Assembly: GCA_938083505.1 (NCBI GenBank)
Contig: CALKCF010000007.1
Span: 1-64,000, forward strand
Direction: 5' to 3'
From: an uncultured archaeon
GTDB taxonomy: Archaea; Thermoproteota; Nitrososphaeria_A; Caldarchaeales; Wolframiiraptoraceae
DNA: 64,000 bases
In this document: positions 38,269 through 48,204 of the stretch, piece after piece
Layout of the letters: each line of letters begins with the position of its first letter
Numbering within the stretch: the first letter of the stretch is position 1
Notes under the pieces: model-generated
The model's input: the letters and a program-made list of their open reading frames with translations, nothing else
Databases searched by the model: none
What the model was told of the DNA's origin: nothing
Made by a program: the position numbers and the translations under genes

Positions 38269-40806
38269 CTACATGAAACTTTCCAAGCCACTTACGCCCA
38301 CCATCTTATCGAAGTCTATTCCTAGCGCATCCAGAACTTGCTCGAACGTCGACCTCATATAGTCGATATACTTCTCGACGTCAACATGCTCTGGCCTTGC
38401 AAGTTGGAGCGGTCTGACACCATCTTTATCCTTAGTCTTCACGAAACTTATTATGTCTCCGGCCGACAGCTGTATACCAATGACCTCTAGCTTTCTCGCC
38501 GCCTTGACATGTTGTGGCGTCGTTTTCGTGTATTTCTCGGGCATCTTGGATAACATGACCCTAAATGCTAAGTCCTCCAACTCAAACTGCCCGTTCTTCA
38601 GTTTGTAGTACCAACTCCTTAAGAGGTTTTGCAGATTCTGCTTAGCTTGCTCGAAGTCATCTTCGTTCTGTACCTTCTTGAACTCCTCCAACATATTGTC
38701 AAAGGCTTCCTTTATGAACGTCGGTATGTGTCTCTTCTTTCCAGTCAGACCCTTAACGTCCACGACATCCTTCGTCGTCACACCAAGATAGTTCTTCTTT
38801 CTCGTGGAGAAGACAACATACCTGTAAACCTTGTCAACCTCGAGGTCTAACCTTAGCGTGCTCTTCGCCCATGATATGAGCTCATCTATGAGCTTCGGAT
38901 CGTTAGTCTTCAAGAAGAGGGAATCTGTATCGCCGTAAACTACCCGTATCCCTAGCTCTCTGGCTTTCTTTAAAGTCATCTTAAATGCATACCTTCCTAT
39001 TGCTGCAGTACTCTCGGCAACTGGTGGACAGTAGAGCTGGAAGTTGGAGAAGCCGAACACGCCGTAGCTAGCATTGAGCAAAACCTTCAGAGCCCGTTGG
39101 ACAACCTCATACCAACCCCTAACTTCGAGCTGGAGCGTCTTGTCGCCGCTCTTGGGCTTGTACCATCCGATCCTTATATCCCTTAGTGCGCCTATCACAA
39201 GGCTTTGGAGACCGCGCCTCTTCTTACAGACCCAATGACCAGTTTCTGGGATAATGTTGTCCTTACACTCTTCATGGACACACCTCACAGTTTCGTAGCT
39301 TAAGTTCCACTCCTTGAGGGCTGAAGGATATAGGCTTGCAAAGTCCAAGACTGTAACCCCAAAGTGTACGCCCGCCATCGGTTCCGCAACCAAAGCACCC
39401 CTGTACTTCTTTCCCTCGATAACTGCCTTAGTCGTAGTGGCTCCTTTTTCTTGAAGCAACTCGTCTTGTCTCGGTATCAGGTAGCCCCTCCTTCTATGCT
39501 CGAAGTAGAGCAAGCTCTTTATCCAGCCTGAAACTCCATGTCTGCAAACATCCTCGATGGGCATTCTGCTTATTCTCGCCAAGATTATGAGTAGTTTGAT
39601 TAAAAGCGAATCATTAAAGCTCAATAACTCGTGTACCAGTGCAGCGTCCCAGAAGCTGTACCTAGCTAACTCCTCCAGGCTCAACTCGCCCAGCGGCTTG
39701 CTTATCTCTACTTTGCCTTTTCCTATGAGCGCTCTTGAGATTGCTTCTAACGTGTTTTCTCGGTATTTGTTATCAAAGGCATATACCTGTATGGATTTGT
39801 TTAGGAAGAGCCTGTATAGGTCCACATGTATTCCCTTACGTAATGTTGCCCCCTCTTTACCGATTAATATCGGGTTCTTCTCCTTGGGTATGCCTAACTT
39901 GTCACCCCTGTTCTTTAAGTACGGTAGGTCAAAATCATCACCGTTGAATGTTGCAACAAGAGGGTATGAGCTTATTACATTAAATGCCTCCTCCAGCATC
40001 GTCTTTTCATTATCGAAGAGTCTTAACTCGAATCCCTCGTTAATTGGATTGGATGTGATATTTCCTCTTTTTAGCAGAAATACTGCATTGAAACCGTCAG
40101 AACCGACGAACGAGATTGCCACGACAGGGTCTTCGGCTTTCGTCGGCGAGGGTACTCTGGTAGTTACCGGTGCCAGAACTTCTATGTCGATAGAAACGTG
40201 CTTTATCTTAGGATACTGTGCCTCCAAAATTGAGAGCCATTTTCGAATCTCCTCGGCATCCTCGCCCTTCGCTTCAGCAAGATGTTTGGTCATGGCCATT
40301 ATTTGGTTAATAACATTGTCGCTGGCCACCATTATGGTAAGCCTTCCATCGGTAATTGTATAGGGCATGCCCGGTATCAAGCCCTTGTCATACAAATAGC
40401 AGAGGTGGTAAGGTATGTCTGCCTCCCAAACTGTGAGGAATTCCCTTATTGAATTGGATCTCCCTCCGATTGCCAGCGGGTCGTTAGCGATGATCTTAGT
40501 CAGCGTTATTTCCCTATCATGTAAAAGATCGCGCTTCTTTTCTTCTACAAAACCTATGGCCCCTCTGGCCTTCAGCTCTTGGTTGTTAGACAGCTCCTCC
40601 AAGCTTAGATTCGAATAACAATATGGTTTGTGCTCGCTTTCATCGTAAAGAATGAGTACCTCGTTCTTTTCAGGGTCTAGCATCTTAAGATAAGCCTTAC
40701 CAGTTTGGCCATCATAGGCTGACGATAGTAGATATAGCACCTTTTCTCCGCACTTTGTCCAGTCTTCTAAGGATGTCTGTTGAATCATATAAGATTCTTG
40801 ATCCAC
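38269..40806 (-). CDS. polB1: Family B DNA polymerase, PolB1 type
   Basis: Exo DIE and FNGDDFD; DFASLYPS, KVLLNASYG, YGDTDS, KKNY; Dpo1-like N-terminus; no intein. Confidence 0.95.
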   Translation of the reverse strand: MDQESYMIQQTSLEDWTKCGEKVLYLLSSAYDGQTGKAYLKMLDPEKNEVLILYDESEHKPYCYSNLSLEELSNNQELKARGAIGFVEEKKRDLLHDREITLTKIIANDPLAIGGRSNSIREFLTVWEADIPYHLCYLYDKGLIPGMPYTITDGRLTIMVASDNVINQIMAMTKHLAEAKGEDAEEIRKWLSILEAQYPKIKHVSIDIEVLAPVTTRVPSPTKAEDPVVAISFVGSDGFNAVFLLKRGNITSNPINEGFELRLFDNEKTMLEEAFNVISSYPLVATFNGDDFDLPYLKNRGDKLGIPKEKNPILIGKEGATLRKGIHVDLYRLFLNKSIQVYAFDNKYRENTLEAISRALIGKGKVEISKPLGELSLEELARYSFWDAALVHELLSFNDSLLIKLLIILARISRMPIEDVCRHGVSGWIKSLLYFEHRRRGYLIPRQDELLQEKGATTTKAVIEGKKYRGALVAEPMAGVHFGVTVLDFASLYPSALKEWNLSYETVRCVHEECKDNIIPETGHWVCKKRRGLQSLVIGALRDIRIGWYKPKSGDKTLQLEVRGWYEVVQRALKVLLNASYGVFGFSNFQLYCPPVAESTAAIGRYAFKMTLKKARELGIRVVYGDTDSLFLKTNDPKLIDELISWAKSTLRLDLEVDKVYRYVVFSTRKKNYLGVTTKDVVDVKGLTGKKRHIPTFIKEAFDNMLEEFKKVQNEDDFEQAKQNLQNLLRSWYYKLKNGQFELEDLAFRVMLSKMPEKYTKTTPQHVKAARKLEVIGIQLSAGDIISFVKTKDKDGVRPLQLARPEHVDVEKYIDYMRSTFEQVLDALGIDFDKMVGVSGLESFM

Positions 40807-40832
40807 AATATAATTAGTCTACAAGCACATAC

Positions 40833-42608
40833 TTAATAACGTTTATCTGGTAAAAATTTGGTACTCGTCTCAGAAGTTGGTTTTTCTAGGACCCTGCTCC
40901 TCCGCCAGCTTAGCAGCACATATAAAAGACATGATAGCGATGCGACGAGTAGCGCAAGCGTCAGGATCTGAACGACTGACATGACGTCCACCAACGATCC
41001 ACCTATGCTGATCTTGTCACCTATTGTTATCCTAAGTTCCTCAGGACCCACCAATGGTATGCTGCGTTTCTGTAAGAGCTCTCCATCCATAAACACCGAA
41101 ACCATGAGCTTGCCTGGGTACGGTAAGGTCAATCTTATACCCTCTCCATCAACAATACCGTCAAACATATTTTCCCCTTCAAAGCTGACTTGAAGTCTTA
41201 GGCCGCCTATTGATGTGCCGAGCGAATCTACAACAGAAACGGTCACAGGATAGTTAATGGACTTCAGCCTTATGTTAATGTCCCCTTCACCGAGATTCAT
41301 AACACCATAATGTACTGGCCTTCCCATGTAGTTGAGCGTAACCTCGTACAAGCCTGGAAGGATTTTCAGATCGGCGCGTCCATCGTTTTCCGTAGTCGCC
41401 CCATACTCAGTGCCCGAGATGGTATCTTTGGCCTTGAGTGTTACACCGGCAAGCGGTACGCCTTCGTAATCCGTTACCGTTAACACAGCCCTAGAAAGCC
41501 TCGCAACAAACGTCTCTTCGGTGAGTGCTGACGTCACTTTCGTAACGAGCTTGCCTATGTACGATTTGCCTCTGAACAGCATTAGGGTGTAATCGCCAAC
41601 GTTACTGGGTGGTGTTGAGAAGGGTGCATTGGCGAGCGTGATCGTACCATCTGCATCGGTTTTCAAGGTCGTAAAGTTAGTAATAAGCCCATTACTTATC
41701 ATCACGCTTATTCCCTTAATCGGCTTTCCATCCTCATCAACGACCTTGAGCTTCAACGTGCCTAGGCTCGCGACTATGTCCAGAGCCACATCATGCATAA
41801 CATTCCTATTTTCTCTGTAAATGGTTATCGGCGTCGTGATAATAGTTTTTGTGACCTCTATTGTATAGTATTGTGTCGGTGCAAGCTCTGACGATGGAAT
41901 GTTCCGGAACGATACTGTTCCATCGGGTCCCGTGAGGCTCTTGCTAAAGTCTTCGGATCTTATCGTTACGGTTACTTGCGGGACTTTTTTACCTTCCATA
42001 TTCGTCACTGTGACGTTCAGATTCACGATCCTCGCAGATAGATTAATCAACGTTTTCTCTGGCACGGAGAACTGCGAGCTGACAACGATTATGCCATCCA
42101 CGAGAGCCTCAGCCGTATAGTCTCCTATGCCTACAACCGAAGAGTATGGAACGTCGGTAAAAGATACGCTGCCAAATTCGCCAGTCTTTCCGCTTAGGTT
42201 GATGCGACCACCAGAATCCCTTATACGCACCGTTATGTCCTGAACAGGCCTCTCCTTCGTATCTAGAACGATTACATTAATGGATGATATTTTGAGGACG
42301 AGCTCCACGTACGATTCTTTTGGAAACTCTACAACTTTTTGTGTCACGACAAAATCCCTGATTGCCGCCTCAACAGTATAGGTACCGCCTGGTAGATTCT
42401 TGAACACCGCATGACCTGTGCTGTTCGTTACGAAGATACGACTGAACCCTTCTTTGATAACTCTGACCTCGACATTACCCCTCGGCCTACCATCAGCATC
42501 GACCACGTGGACGTAGAGGTCCTGTTGCGCATGGATTACCGGCAGTAAGTAAGCAACGATTAGCGCTAAGGTAACGAGCAAAACCAACCTTTTTAAAGCC
42601 CCGTTCAT
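40833..42608 (-). CDS. Secreted, membrane-anchored protein with six tandem carboxypeptidase-regulatory/Ig-like repeats
   Basis: N-terminal signal peptide; repeats starting VHVVDADGRP, VIVLDTKERP, VTVTNMEGKK, LKVVDEDGKP, LTVTDYEGVP, VSVVDSLGTS; C-terminal TM helix and basic tail. Confidence 0.8.
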   Translation of the reverse strand: MNGALKRLVLLVTLALIVAYLLPVIHAQQDLYVHVVDADGRPRGNVEVRVIKEGFSRIFVTNSTGHAVFKNLPGGTYTVEAAIRDFVVTQKVVEFPKESYVELVLKISSINVIVLDTKERPVQDITVRIRDSGGRINLSGKTGEFGSVSFTDVPYSSVVGIGDYTAEALVDGIIVVSSQFSVPEKTLINLSARIVNLNVTVTNMEGKKVPQVTVTIRSEDFSKSLTGPDGTVSFRNIPSSELAPTQYYTIEVTKTIITTPITIYRENRNVMHDVALDIVASLGTLKLKVVDEDGKPIKGISVMISNGLITNFTTLKTDADGTITLANAPFSTPPSNVGDYTLMLFRGKSYIGKLVTKVTSALTEETFVARLSRAVLTVTDYEGVPLAGVTLKAKDTISGTEYGATTENDGRADLKILPGLYEVTLNYMGRPVHYGVMNLGEGDINIRLKSINYPVTVSVVDSLGTSIGGLRLQVSFEGENMFDGIVDGEGIRLTLPYPGKLMVSVFMDGELLQKRSIPLVGPEELRITIGDKISIGGSLVDVMSVVQILTLALLVASLSCLLYVLLSWRRSRVLEKPTSETSTKFLPDKRY

Positions 42609-42664
42609 TGTAGAACCAACCTTGATGCCTTTAGAAATACAACAAGACAGTTGTTAATAATATT

Positions 42665-43093
42665 TTACGGGCATCTACCTATGGATATGAGGAAGTTGTG
42701 AGCCTTAGTTAATGTCTCTTTTGCTGTCTTGTATGTGAGCTTCTTTAGGGCGTTCTCGTAATCTAACCACATGTAGTCCTTATGCTCGCTGGACAGTGTA
42801 ACATTCTTTTCGTGCGACCTAACCAGATAAAATATGACCTTTTTGTTGACAATATCACCCATTTTCTTGTAGAAGTACCTTATCTCGTGCTTGAACCCTG
42901 GCACAAATGTAATGTTCTTTATACCAGTTTCCTCAAAAATTTCTCTCCTTACCGTCTCAACAATCTCCTCCCCTTCCTCTATGTTTCCCTTAGGGAAATC
43001 CCAGTGTCCAGCCTCGTAAAGCAATAGCAGGTACTCGATGCTGTTGCCTTCACAGTAAAATACAACGGCTCCTGCTGATTTCTCATGAAGCAT
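42665..43093 (-). CDS. Nudix hydrolase, Ap4A hydrolase-like
   Basis: EKSAGAV, HWDFPKG-x5-E-x7-REIFEETG, LSSEH. Confidence 0.92.
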   Translation of the reverse strand: MLHEKSAGAVVFYCEGNSIEYLLLLYEAGHWDFPKGNIEEGEEIVETVRREIFEETGIKNITFVPGFKHEIRYFYKKMGDIVNKKVIFYLVRSHEKNVTLSSEHKDYMWLDYENALKKLTYKTAKETLTKAHNFLISIGRCP

Positions 43094-43224
43094 GCTTATA
43101 TTGCCCCCGACGGCCTCAGCGAACTTTGCTAAATTTATTCATAAGCAATGCGTATTAAGTTTAATTGCGGCATAAGTTTCTGTGAAATAAATATTAATAA
43201 CCTTAAACTCACCAATTAAGGAAT

Positions 43225-44097
43225 ATGCTTGTAGAAAGAAAACCTGAGTGGATAAGGACAAAAATTCCGTCAGGCCCTTTATACAATCGTGTGCATCGTG
43301 CTCTAAGAAGCAAAGGTCTCCATACCGTATGTGAGGAGGCCTTATGCCCAAACATAGCGGAGTGTTGGGCTCGTGGGACGATAACTATAATGTTGTTGGG
43401 TAATGTATGTACACGCTCGTGCAAGTTCTGTGCGCTCAGGGTAGGAAACCCGATGAAGCATGTTGATATTTATGAGCCGGAGAAGGTGGCTATGGTTGTG
43501 AATGAGCTGAATTTGGACTACGTAGTCCTGACTTCGGTGTGCAGGGATGATCTGTATGATGGGGGTGCTGGAGTGTTCGCCGAGGCTATCAAGGCGATCA
43601 AGAGGATGCATCCAAAGGCAAAGGTTGAAGTACTCGTACCTGATTTTAAGGGCGATAGGAATGCGATCGAAGCAGTAATAAGATCGAAACCGGATGTCGT
43701 CGGTCATAACTTGGAAACTGTTAAGAGGTTGACGCCGATAATCAGGGACGGAAGGGCGAGCTACCATACATCGCTCAACGTTCTAAAGATGTTCAAAGAG
43801 CTGGACGGTGGTATATATACGAAGTCGTCTTTAATACTCGGTCTTGGTGAGACTGAGCAGGAACTCGTGGAGGCTATGTCAGACCTGAGATCGGTCAGGG
43901 TCGACATCTTAACTTTGGGACAGTATCTTAGACCCACTAAACGACATGCGCCGGTCATCGAGTACGTCCGTCCTGAAACTTTCGAAAGACTGGGGGACAT
44001 AGCACGCTCTTTAGGCTTTAAGGCCGTAGCTTCTGCCCCCCTTGTGAGGAGCTCGTACATGGCCGCAGAGTTGTTCCAGAAGGTATCAGAGGGTTGA
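43225..44097 (+). CDS. lipA: Lipoyl synthase
   Basis: CEEALCPNIAEC (CX4CX5C), CTRSCKFC, HNLETV, RSSY. Confidence 0.97.
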   Translation: MLVERKPEWIRTKIPSGPLYNRVHRALRSKGLHTVCEEALCPNIAECWARGTITIMLLGNVCTRSCKFCALRVGNPMKHVDIYEPEKVAMVVNELNLDYVVLTSVCRDDLYDGGAGVFAEAIKAIKRMHPKAKVEVLVPDFKGDRNAIEAVIRSKPDVVGHNLETVKRLTPIIRDGRASYHTSLNVLKMFKELDGGIYTKSSLILGLGETEQELVEAMSDLRSVRVDILTLGQYLRPTKRHAPVIEYVRPETFERLGDIARSLGFKAVASAPLVRSSYMAAELFQKVSEG

Positions 44098-45497
44098 CGC
44101 GTTTGGAGGTTGACGCGGTAGTCATAGGCGGAGGCCCTGCTGGTTACGTTGCGGCGATAAGGTTAGGTCAGCTTCATAAAAAAACTGTTTTGATAGAAAA
44201 GGACAACTTAGGTGGTGTATGTCTCAACCATGGTTGCATTCCGTCAAAGATTATTGTGATGGCGGCTGACCTCTTTTGGAAGGTTAGAAAGCTCAATAAG
44301 TTCGGCATAAAGGTTCAAGGAATATCCATAGAACTTAAGCAGTTGCAGAATTGGAAGAGGAAAGTTGTCACGAAGCTGAGGGATGGTATAGCTTATCTGC
44401 TTAAGGGAAATGGTGTTCAGACGATCAAAGGTTTCGCAAAGCTGAAGTCGCATAAAGAAGTCGAGGTTAGGACGGAGACTTCTGAAATCACGCTCAAAGC
44501 CGAGAATGTACTCTGGGCCGTTGGTGCCGAGGACGTAGGTCTCCCAAATATGCCGTATGACGGTAGACGCATAATAAGCTCAAGGGACCTACTTGACCTA
44601 GAAATCTTACCAAAGAGTATGCTGATAGTAGGTGGAGGAGCAATAGGTCTCGAGCTTGGAACCGCCTTTGCCAAGATGGGTACAAAGGTCATAATTGTTG
44701 AGATAATGGACCAATTGCTTCCAGGGATCAGCAAGGATAGCGTGGCCGTTGTTCATAGGAACTTGAAGAGGTTTGGCGTCGAGGTATACACTAATTCTCG
44801 TGTGTCGACATACAGATATGATGGTGAGAACGTTTCAGTAGATGTTGTAAAGAATGGCGAGACATTAAACTTTAATGTAGAGTACGTGCTCGTTACGGTC
44901 GGTAAGAGAGCACCATCCCAGAACTATCAGTTGAAGGAACTCGGCGTAGAACTTAACAAGAACGGTTTCGTGGTCGTGGAGTCCAACATGAGGACTTCGG
45001 TGAACGGCATATTCGCAGCTGGTGATGCTACCGGCCCTCCATTCCTTGCCCATAAGGCTTCGAGACAAGGCTTGATAGCCGCTGAGGCGATGGCTGGTCA
45101 GAAAGAGAGACTTGGGCTTCCACCAGTACCCCTAGCGCTTTTCACAGACCCGGAGATCGCGGTTGTGGGGACGTCGGAGGAAGACGCGAAAACATCAGGC
45201 ATAGATGTCGTTATTGGTAAGTTCCCACTCACGGCCTTAGGAAGGGCAAACGTATCGAGCGATACGGAGGGTTTCGTTAAAGTTGTCGCGGAAAGGCCCA
45301 GTGGAAAGGTCTTGGGCATTCAGATAGTCGGGCATGGAGCAACGGACCTAATAGGTGAAGCTGCTTTCGCGGTATCTATGGGAATCACGGTTGAGGATTT
45401 AGGGAACGTACTCCATCCCCATCCGTCGTTCTCGGAGGCAATAAGTGAGGCTGCACATGCTGTAAATAAAAAAGCTATACATATGTTGAACGTTTAA
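44094..45497 (+). CDS. lpdA: Dihydrolipoamide dehydrogenase
   Basis: GGGPAGY, GGVCLNHGCIPSK, GGGAIGLE, HPHPSFSE. Confidence 0.96.
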   Translation: MTRLEVDAVVIGGGPAGYVAAIRLGQLHKKTVLIEKDNLGGVCLNHGCIPSKIIVMAADLFWKVRKLNKFGIKVQGISIELKQLQNWKRKVVTKLRDGIAYLLKGNGVQTIKGFAKLKSHKEVEVRTETSEITLKAENVLWAVGAEDVGLPNMPYDGRRIISSRDLLDLEILPKSMLIVGGGAIGLELGTAFAKMGTKVIIVEIMDQLLPGISKDSVAVVHRNLKRFGVEVYTNSRVSTYRYDGENVSVDVVKNGETLNFNVEYVLVTVGKRAPSQNYQLKELGVELNKNGFVVVESNMRTSVNGIFAAGDATGPPFLAHKASRQGLIAAEAMAGQKERLGLPPVPLALFTDPEIAVVGTSEEDAKTSGIDVVIGKFPLTALGRANVSSDTEGFVKVVAERPSGKVLGIQIVGHGATDLIGEAAFAVSMGITVEDLGNVLHPHPSFSEAISEAAHAVNKKAIHMLNV

Positions 45498-45505
45498 AGA
45501 ATAAC

Positions 45506-46252
45506 ATGTTTGACATCTGCGTAACGAAGTGTTTGGTGATGAGGAGAGGCTTCCTTCTCGACCTTGGCTTCTGTGAGTATGAGCCTGCTTGGAGGCTTCA
45601 GCTTAAGTTAGTAGAGCTGAGGTCATCTTCCGCGATCTTAGATACCTTACTGCTTGTGGAGCACGATCACGTGTTCACGCTTGGTAGAAGAGCTTCGATG
45701 GACGACATAATCGTTGCAAAGGCACCCGTGTTCAGAGTGGAAAGGGGTGGCGGCGTTACGTACCACGGCCCGGGGCAGCTTGTAGGTTATCCGATAATAG
45801 ATCTGAGCGGTATGAAACTGGATATCAAGCACTACGTCCGTAAGCTGGAGAACGTCTTGGTCAAGACCGTGCGTAGGTTTAACGTAGAAGCCGACATCAG
45901 GGAGGGCTATCCGGGTGTATGGGTCGGCGAAAAGAAGATAGCGTCAATAGGTATAGCCATTAGGAACTGGGTCACTTTCCACGGCTTTGCGCTGAATGTA
46001 AACCCAGACATGAGCTATTTTAGATGCATAAGGCCATGCAATATGGAGCCCGACGTAATGGTTTCGCTCATGGAGGTTTTAGAGACCCCCATTAAGATGG
46101 AGGGGGTAAAGGAAGTTCTTATAAAGGAATTTGAAACGGAATTCGGCATGAATTTAAGCTATTTCCCGTCAGATCTTTGGAAAACCATCTCAGAATCTGT
46201 TGATTTATTACAAAAAGTAAAATGCAAAAATGCTTATAAGCTAAGCTTTTAA
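45506..46252 (+). CDS. lipB: Octanoyltransferase
   Basis: EHDHVFTLGR, RGGGVTYHGPGQLVGYPI, KIASIG, HGFALNV, IRPC; true start may be 45539. Confidence 0.95.
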   Translation: MFDICVTKCLVMRRGFLLDLGFCEYEPAWRLQLKLVELRSSSAILDTLLLVEHDHVFTLGRRASMDDIIVAKAPVFRVERGGGVTYHGPGQLVGYPIIDLSGMKLDIKHYVRKLENVLVKTVRRFNVEADIREGYPGVWVGEKKIASIGIAIRNWVTFHGFALNVNPDMSYFRCIRPCNMEPDVMVSLMEVLETPIKMEGVKEVLIKEFETEFGMNLSYFPSDLWKTISESVDLLQKVKCKNAYKLSF

Positions 46253-46295
46253 ATATAAATACAATACTATTTAAATAAACATGGAGAGTTGTGTA

Positions 46296-46868
46296 ATGCC
46301 AAAGGGGCCTGAGCCAACTATAAAAATAGAAAATGTCGTAGCCAGTGTGACCCTTTTCCAGAGACTCGACCTATCTCAGATACAGAGGAGCTTCCCGGAT
46401 GTTGAGTACAAGCCGGCACAGTTCCCAGGCCTTGTCTTCAGACTTCAGAAGCCGAAGACGGCCACGCTGATCTTCAGCAGCGGCAAGATGGTCTGCACTG
46501 GGGCTGAGAGCGAGGAGGAGTCTATCAAGGCAGTTAAGACAGTCGTCAAACTCCTGAAAAAGGAGGGCTTCCTGATTAAGGAGGAGCCGCAAATAGAGAT
46601 ACAGAACATAGTGGCGAGCGTTGACCTCCATGGCAGGATAGACTTGGAAAGGGCTGCAGCGGAGTTGGAAAATGTCATGTACGAGCCTGAGCAGTTCCCA
46701 GGCCTAATCTACAGAATGGAGCAACCCAAAGTCGTCATACTTATGTTCGCGAGCGGCAAGCTCGTCTGCACTGGCGCTAAGTATGAGCGGGAGGTCTACG
46801 AGGCGGTACAAAAGTTGAAGGGAATACTGGAAGATAAAAATCTGCTGATATATAACACAACGTCATGA
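46296..46868 (+). CDS. tbp: TATA-box binding protein
   Basis: Two repeats IENVVAS/IQNIVAS, Y.P.QFPGL, FSSGK/FASGK.VCTGA. Confidence 0.98.
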   Translation: MPKGPEPTIKIENVVASVTLFQRLDLSQIQRSFPDVEYKPAQFPGLVFRLQKPKTATLIFSSGKMVCTGAESEEESIKAVKTVVKLLKKEGFLIKEEPQIEIQNIVASVDLHGRIDLERAAAELENVMYEPEQFPGLIYRMEQPKVVILMFASGKLVCTGAKYEREVYEAVQKLKGILEDKNLLIYNTTS

Positions 46869-47891
46869 CGTACGCTTTCCTTTTAGCAGAATTTCGATGA
46901 ACCTTTTTGTTACGTCTTCTGCGGTCGCTCTACCGCCTAAATCAGGTGTCAGGCTCTTCGGGTCCTGCAGTAAGCAGAGCACAGTGTCCTCCAGGTCTCT
47001 TGCCGCTTTTAGCATGACCGTGTTGTTCTTTTTCTTGCCAAGCCACTCGAGCATCATCTTTGACGCCATAATTTGAGCTATAGGGTTTGCGTATAGTGGG
47101 TTGATGTCCGGCGCCGTTCCGTGAACCGGCTCGAACAGGCCGAACTCGTCTCCTATATTGGCCGAGTAGGCTAGGCCCAAGCTACCAACTATGCCCGCAG
47201 CCTCGTCGCTCAGTATATCGCCGAACATATTCGTCGTGAGTATGACATCGAACTTCTGTGGATTACTCACGAGCTGGTACGCCGCATTATCGACGAGCAC
47301 CTCCTCTATAGTTACGTAGGGATAAGATTTAGCGACCTCGAACGTTGCCCTTCTTAAAAGCTCAAAACTTTTCAGCACGTTTACCTTGTGGACGACCGTC
47401 ACCCTTTTCTTCCTGGCTTCTGCTATCTGAAACGCAACATTAGCTATCCTCAAGCACGCCTTCTTAGTAAGCACCATAAGGGCAACCGCATACTCCTCGC
47501 CGACGTCCTCAAGGCCTTTATACAAGTCTTCTGTGTTCTCCCTGACGATCACTAAATCCACATCACTCCACTTGGAGCTCACTCCAGGAAACGTCCTGAA
47601 GGGTCTTATATTGGCATAAAGGTCCAGCTTCTGCCTTAGGAAGACTATTACGTCCTTCGCCGACTCGCCGACAGGCCCCTTTAAGCATGCGTCTGAAGAC
47701 CTTATCTTGTCGAACGAGTCCTTCGGTAGCGGCTCGCCGAAATCCTTCTTTGCAGAATCGCCGGCTGGTGCCTCCACGAAGCTCAAATTGAAACCATAAG
47801 CCTCAGAAATGACCTCCAATACTTTTTTTGCAGACCTGACGACGACAGGGCCTATGCCGTCGCCCGGTATTACGCTTATGAGGTTTGCCAT
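46863..47891 (-). CDS. leuB: 3-isopropylmalate dehydrogenase (isocitrate/IPM DH family)
   Basis: [37 protein letters not shown]; divergent from leuA. Confidence 0.9.
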   Translation of the reverse strand: MANLISVIPGDGIGPVVVRSAKKVLEVISEAYGFNLSFVEAPAGDSAKKDFGEPLPKDSFDKIRSSDACLKGPVGESAKDVIVFLRQKLDLYANIRPFRTFPGVSSKWSDVDLVIVRENTEDLYKGLEDVGEEYAVALMVLTKKACLRIANVAFQIAEARKKRVTVVHKVNVLKSFELLRRATFEVAKSYPYVTIEEVLVDNAAYQLVSNPQKFDVILTTNMFGDILSDEAAGIVGSLGLAYSANIGDEFGLFEPVHGTAPDINPLYANPIAQIMASKMMLEWLGKKKNNTVMLKAARDLEDTVLCLLQDPKSLTPDLGGRATAEDVTKRFIEILLKGKRTS

Positions 47892-47982
47892 ATTCTAGCC
47901 CACTTTTCTGTGAATATTTAAGCGTTGAAATCTGGCATCATGGGACCATGATCGCAGCATCTGTACTTTTCCGGCAAACTGT

Positions 47983-48032
47983 GAATTAGTTCAGTATTCG
48001 CGGAAAAATTTTCCAGCATGCTGAACTAATTC
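47983..48032. repeat. 50-bp imperfect palindrome in the leuB/leuA divergent promoter region
   Basis: GAATTAGTTCAG...CTGAACTAATTC 12-bp arms with inner GGAAAA-A-TTTTCC. Confidence 0.85.
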
Positions 48033-48035
48033 TCG

Positions 48036-48050
48036 AGAAACGCTTATATA
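48036..48050 (+). promoter_or_regulatory. BRE/TATA promoter for leuA
   Basis: GAGAAACGCTTATATA about 155 nt upstream of the leuA ATG. Confidence 0.6.
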
Positions 48051-48112
48051 TCGTTTGCCAACAAAGATGTGTAAGTTCGATAGGTGAGCAAAGTGAACCA
48101 ACTCGAATAAAT

Positions 48113-48198
48113 TTGGCAAAACTTTTCGAGCTAACATCTAACAAAACCTTTCAAAAATCCTGTTCTGTCGATGTTGTTGCACTTCTTCTCTGAGGTGC
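48113..48198 (+). promoter_or_regulatory. Candidate leuA leader: Leu/Val-rich uORF plus SD-sequestering hairpin
   Basis: uORF 48113-48193 ends VDVVALLL*; GCACTTC (48179-85) pairs with GAGGTGC (48192-98). Confidence 0.45.
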
Positions 48199-48204
48199 TG
48201 TCCA

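Noticed and set aside
38269-40806. Intein or inactivation in PolB
   Set aside because: The length is normal and all catalytic motifs are contiguous and intact.
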